Part shown: one piece after another, positions 25,119 through 27,907 of the stretch
How the letters are laid out: the number at the start of each line of letters is the position of its first letter
Numbering within the stretch: the stretch's first letter is position 1
Virus record (IMG/VR): IMGVR_UViG_3300020045_001898
Coordinates: 1-27,907 of that record
Length of the DNA: 27,907 bases
DNA from: a virus
Lineage: Duplodnaviria > Caudoviricetes
Strand: one strand, 5' to 3'
Notes under the pieces: model-generated
What the model saw: only the letters and a program-made list of their open reading frames with translations
Databases searched by the model: none
Told to the model about the DNA's origin: nothing
Program-made: the position numbers and the translations under genes

Positions 25119-27047
25119 TTAATGTCTTTTATTCCAGAAGTCTGATTTTTTTTTCGGTGGCTTTTTTACTGAAGGCGTTTCCGGTGACTTCGAATAAACC
25201 CTGGAAGTAGATTTTATCTTTTCCCAGGTGGCTTCTTTAAATCTGTCGATACCAATTATAAAAGCCGCCGCCCTGGCATATATTCGAACGTCTAACGCTT
25301 CGTTTCGTTCCTGTTTTTTAACCCACTGATAAGTTACTTTTCCAGTTTTTTTATTTTTCAACATTTGCAGCTGTTCGGCTGTAAGCATTTTAAAATAATT
25401 ACGATCGTATTCTGGAAAATGACAATATCCCGCCGGATAAATGTCTGGTCCGTTTTCTACTTCTATAGCCTTCAATTTTAGAAATCCGTATAATTCAGAT
25501 TTCAACATCGACACACCTAATCCCCAAACTTTAGCGGATCCGATTTTTTTTCCAGACTTCGCCACGTTTAAAACTTTTGGATACGAAACCATAACGTCCA
25601 GACTATCCATTCCCTTAATAGGAATTACACGATCGTAACCCATAGTCTGGCAAAAGTCGTAAACTTTTTTAGTATTATATCCAGAATCGACGCAGGTTAA
25701 TTTTATAGGCATAAGCGAACCGTCCGCGTGTTCGAAGTGTTTATTTATTAATTCCTTTAACTGTTCCCAGACATCGTCTTTCGAAGTGTCACCGACCAGT
25801 ACGTTATACTGGATTGAATAAGTTATCCTTCCAATACACCACCCGACGACCTCACATTCTAAACGATCGACCTGGACGTCTACACCCATAGTTAAAAAAT
25901 AAACGTCTTCCGGTACGGTTCCAATCTGGTAAGATTCGCGTCTGTTATAAAGCGTTTCAAAATCTGGAACTTCACCAGACACCTTAAAAGTTTCACCCAG
26001 TACAGTATTAACGAAAGTCTGTTCTTTGTTGGTGTCGCCTTTAATTTTTAAAAAGTCGCGAACGATTTCTTCCCAGGAATACATACCCGCAGGCGAATAT
26101 AACGACGACACATGGAATCCGGTTTTTCGCGGATCTTCAGAAACAGCAGTCGATATCCATTTCGCTCGACCTTCTTCTGAATATCCTTCTTCTTCGAACA
26201 TGGCCGTTTTGTCTTTTTCTTCATGAAGGCCGCCGCAATTCGGACAGGCTAGTTTTACAGTTTCCGGCTGTCCGTCTGCCCAGGTAAGACATTCGAATTT
26301 TAGAATAAATAATTCGCTGCAGTGCAAACATGGAACGAAATAATACTGCTGATCTGTGGTTAAGAATTCGGCCCAAATAACAGAAACGCCTTCGTTCGTT
26401 GGTGTGGATATCATTAAAATTTTTCGATTCGCAAAAGTCCTAGTTCTGGCCCTAGCTAGTTCGACAGGACTTCCTTCTTCACCTGCCGACAATGGATAAC
26501 GATCGACTTCGTCTAGCATTAATTTAGCTATAGGCGTACTACTTAACGGCGTCGGTGAATTCGCGCCGACCATCATTAAAGCACCACCGGGAAACGATTT
26601 GTTATTTATAGTATTTTCTGCGTCTTTGGATCCGACAGCTTTTATTCGTTCGTTCAATACTGGACTGCTTTCGATCATGGGTTTAATTCTGGTCCGCGAA
26701 TTCTTTTTAATCGCGTCGTCCGTCGGCATAACTAACATAAACGGCCCAGGGTCTAAATGTATGGTGTAACCGACCCAACAATTCCCCAGTTCAGTTCCGC
26801 CGACCTGGGAAGACTTAACGTAGATCGTTTCCTGGATATCGGAAGTTTTTCCCAGGGTGTCCATTATTTTTCTATTATACGGCATTCTGGAAACACGATA
26901 GCGTCCTGGTTCCGCAGAAGAAGCAGAAGTCAGAAAACGATATTCGTTCGCCCAATCCGAAACCGTCATTAACGGAACCGGACGAAGGCCGTCGGCAAAT
27001 GGTTTTAAAATTAGTCTGCAGTCTTTGTCTTCTAGTAATTCAATCAT
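25119..27047 (-). CDS. Terminase large subunit, lambda GpA family
   Basis: KSSQVGGTE, LDEVDRY, EG.P..LA..RT.TF, ISTPT, CxxC pairs, GFH.SSLYSP, FVNT.LGE, GVDVQ, DSGY, RNEALD. Confidence 0.96.
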   Translation of the reverse strand: MIELLEDKDCRLILKPFADGLRPVPLMTVSDWANEYRFLTSASSAEPGRYRVSRMPYNRKIMDTLGKTSDIQETIYVKSSQVGGTELGNCWVGYTIHLDPGPFMLVMPTDDAIKKNSRTRIKPMIESSPVLNERIKAVGSKDAENTINNKSFPGGALMMVGANSPTPLSSTPIAKLMLDEVDRYPLSAGEEGSPVELARARTRTFANRKILMISTPTNEGVSVIWAEFLTTDQQYYFVPCLHCSELFILKFECLTWADGQPETVKLACPNCGGLHEEKDKTAMFEEEGYSEEGRAKWISTAVSEDPRKTGFHVSSLYSPAGMYSWEEIVRDFLKIKGDTNKEQTFVNTVLGETFKVSGEVPDFETLYNRRESYQIGTVPEDVYFLTMGVDVQVDRLECEVVGWCIGRITYSIQYNVLVGDTSKDDVWEQLKELINKHFEHADGSLMPIKLTCVDSGYNTKKVYDFCQTMGYDRVIPIKGMDSLDVMVSYPKVLNVAKSGKKIGSAKVWGLGVSMLKSELYGFLKLKAIEVENGPDIYPAGYCHFPEYDRNYFKMLTAEQLQMLKNKKTGKVTYQWVKKQERNEALDVRIYARAAAFIIGIDRFKEATWEKIKSTSRVYSKSPETPSVKKPPKKKSDFWNKRH

Positions 27048-27709
27048 TCAAATTTTCGGTTTTGGATATCGGATAACAAATTCAAAGTTTCGTTAATTTC
27101 TTTTTCGAAAAACCGATCTGCTTCCTGTCTATTTTTTGCGCCCATTATTTTATCCAGGCATCGGTAACGAAGTCCTTCGATAGCTGTTCGGATTTCCTGG
27201 CCGAAGGCAAAATTAACGGCGTTTACTTTTGTGATAGGAACCATTTGTCCGCGTTTTTCCATATACGCCAGACGTAGAATTTTAACTTTCAAAATAGCCG
27301 CCTGACGTTCCGCTTCTGGTTTTAAAACAGTGTCCGAAGTTTCTTCCGGATCTTCGTCGTCTATATTTTCCAGATCGTCTTTTGATATTGAAGGAAGTTT
27401 TTCGTCTAGCACTTCCTGGACTACCTGGTCCGCAGTTTGTGCCGTAGCACGTTCTGGCTTCGCGACGCGTTTCGGCTTAGGTGGCTGTGGCGAATTTTTA
27501 ACTTCTAGAACAGCTGCAGGTTTTCCGTCCTGGAATTCTGGAAGGATAGCTTTGCCCCATTCTGAAGAAGCTATTATCGGAATATATTTTTTGTCCGCCG
27601 TCAATCCATTAACAATCGAACCACGGTCGACGGCCTTACGAACTGCGCCTTCTGACTGTCCGACCATTTTAGCGAACTGGCGACCAGATACTGGTATTTT
27701 TAAATCCAT
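27044..27709 (-). CDS. Terminase small subunit (Nu1-like)
   Basis: N-terminal HTH (SGRQFAKMVGQSEGAVRKA...G.I), C-terminal L...E.RG.MV; ATGA overlap with TerL. Start is 27709 or 27730. Confidence 0.8.
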   Translation of the reverse strand: MDLKIPVSGRQFAKMVGQSEGAVRKAVDRGSIVNGLTADKKYIPIIASSEWGKAILPEFQDGKPAAVLEVKNSPQPPKPKRVAKPERATAQTADQVVQEVLDEKLPSISKDDLENIDDEDPEETSDTVLKPEAERQAAILKVKILRLAYMEKRGQMVPITKVNAVNFAFGQEIRTAIEGLRYRCLDKIMGAKNRQEADRFFEKEINETLNLLSDIQNRKFE

Positions 27710-27714
27710 AAAAA

Positions 27715-27774
27715 GTGCGCACAGTGACATAATGACGTGCGCACCAAATGTAGTAAATTTTTCTTTGTGCGTAC
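27715..27774. repeat. Three GTGCG(C/T)AC palindromic boxes upstream of terS
   Basis: GTGCGCAC 27715-27722, GTGCGCAC 27737-27744, GTGCGTAC 27767-27774. Confidence 0.7.
27745..27752 (-). promoter_or_regulatory. -7 box TACATTTG upstream of terS
   Basis: Exact TAnnTTTG between boxes 2 and 3. Confidence 0.55.
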
Positions 27775-27776
27775 TT

Positions 27777-27907
27777 AAAAATCACAAAACAAATTCCTAC
27801 GCAGCGAACCCGCGCAGAATTTGTCGCCGACAGTTTTAACGAAACCGACAGAACTGTCGAAGTTATTTTCGCCACAGAAACTGCGGTCCGTACGTTCGAC
27901 TGGGACG
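27777..27907 (+). repeat. Perfect 131-bp inverted copy of 22933-23063 (5' part of the capsid gene)
   Basis: Base-by-base reverse-complement match to the window end; encodes KITKQIPTQRTRAEF...RTFDWD with no start codon. Confidence 0.95.

Noticed and set aside
1648-27839. Numerous antisense or overlapping ORFs (e.g. 1648-2067, 12533-12952, 21723-22043, 27330-27839)
   Set aside because: They lie opposite or within well-supported genes, have no motifs, and are expected from codon bias.
27669-27875. 68-aa minus-strand ORF upstream of terS
   Set aside because: It spans the duplication junction, and its first half is antisense capsid sequence.
1-27907. CRISPR array, tRNA, integrase/att site, IS element or stop-codon reassignment
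   Set aside because: No repeat-spacer periodicity, cloverleaf, recombinase or transposase was seen, and all core genes are full length in the standard code.

Overview
The window is about 28 kb of a tailed dsDNA phage or prophage. The host is most likely Bacteroidota/Flavobacteriia, judged from TAnnTTTG -7 promoter boxes, A-rich starts lacking Shine-Dalgarno motifs and a DUF3127-type SSB. The left 4.9 kb holds a divergent control region. Leftward are an XRE/Cro-like HTH gene, a small hypothetical and a truncated SF2 helicase. Rightward is a recombination/replication operon: a RecE/DUF3799-like nuclease homolog, a Pif1-like helicase, an Nmad5-like protein, SSB and a RecT-like annealase. Bases 5-27.7 kb are a minus-strand late region: lambda-like head genes (TerS, GpA TerL, gpW, portal, protease-capsid fusion), a P2/Mu-like contractile tail, fibres, holins and a glucosaminidase endolysin. 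The most notable observations are: (1) an intact RecE-like protein with every catalytic motif substituted; (2) a promoter- and terminator-bounded sRNA candidate complementary to helicase start regions; (3) a 16-23 bp inverted repeat around the divergent promoter; (4) three structural genes that appear leaderless; (5) strong GAG/CTC and CAAG/CTTG avoidance that breaks down in receptor-binding genes; (6) a CCC-TAA +1 frameshift candidate in a secreted-protein moron; (7) a 131-bp inverted copy of the capsid gene 5' end at the window edge, probably a chimera. All family assignments come from motif recognition by eye, not database searches.
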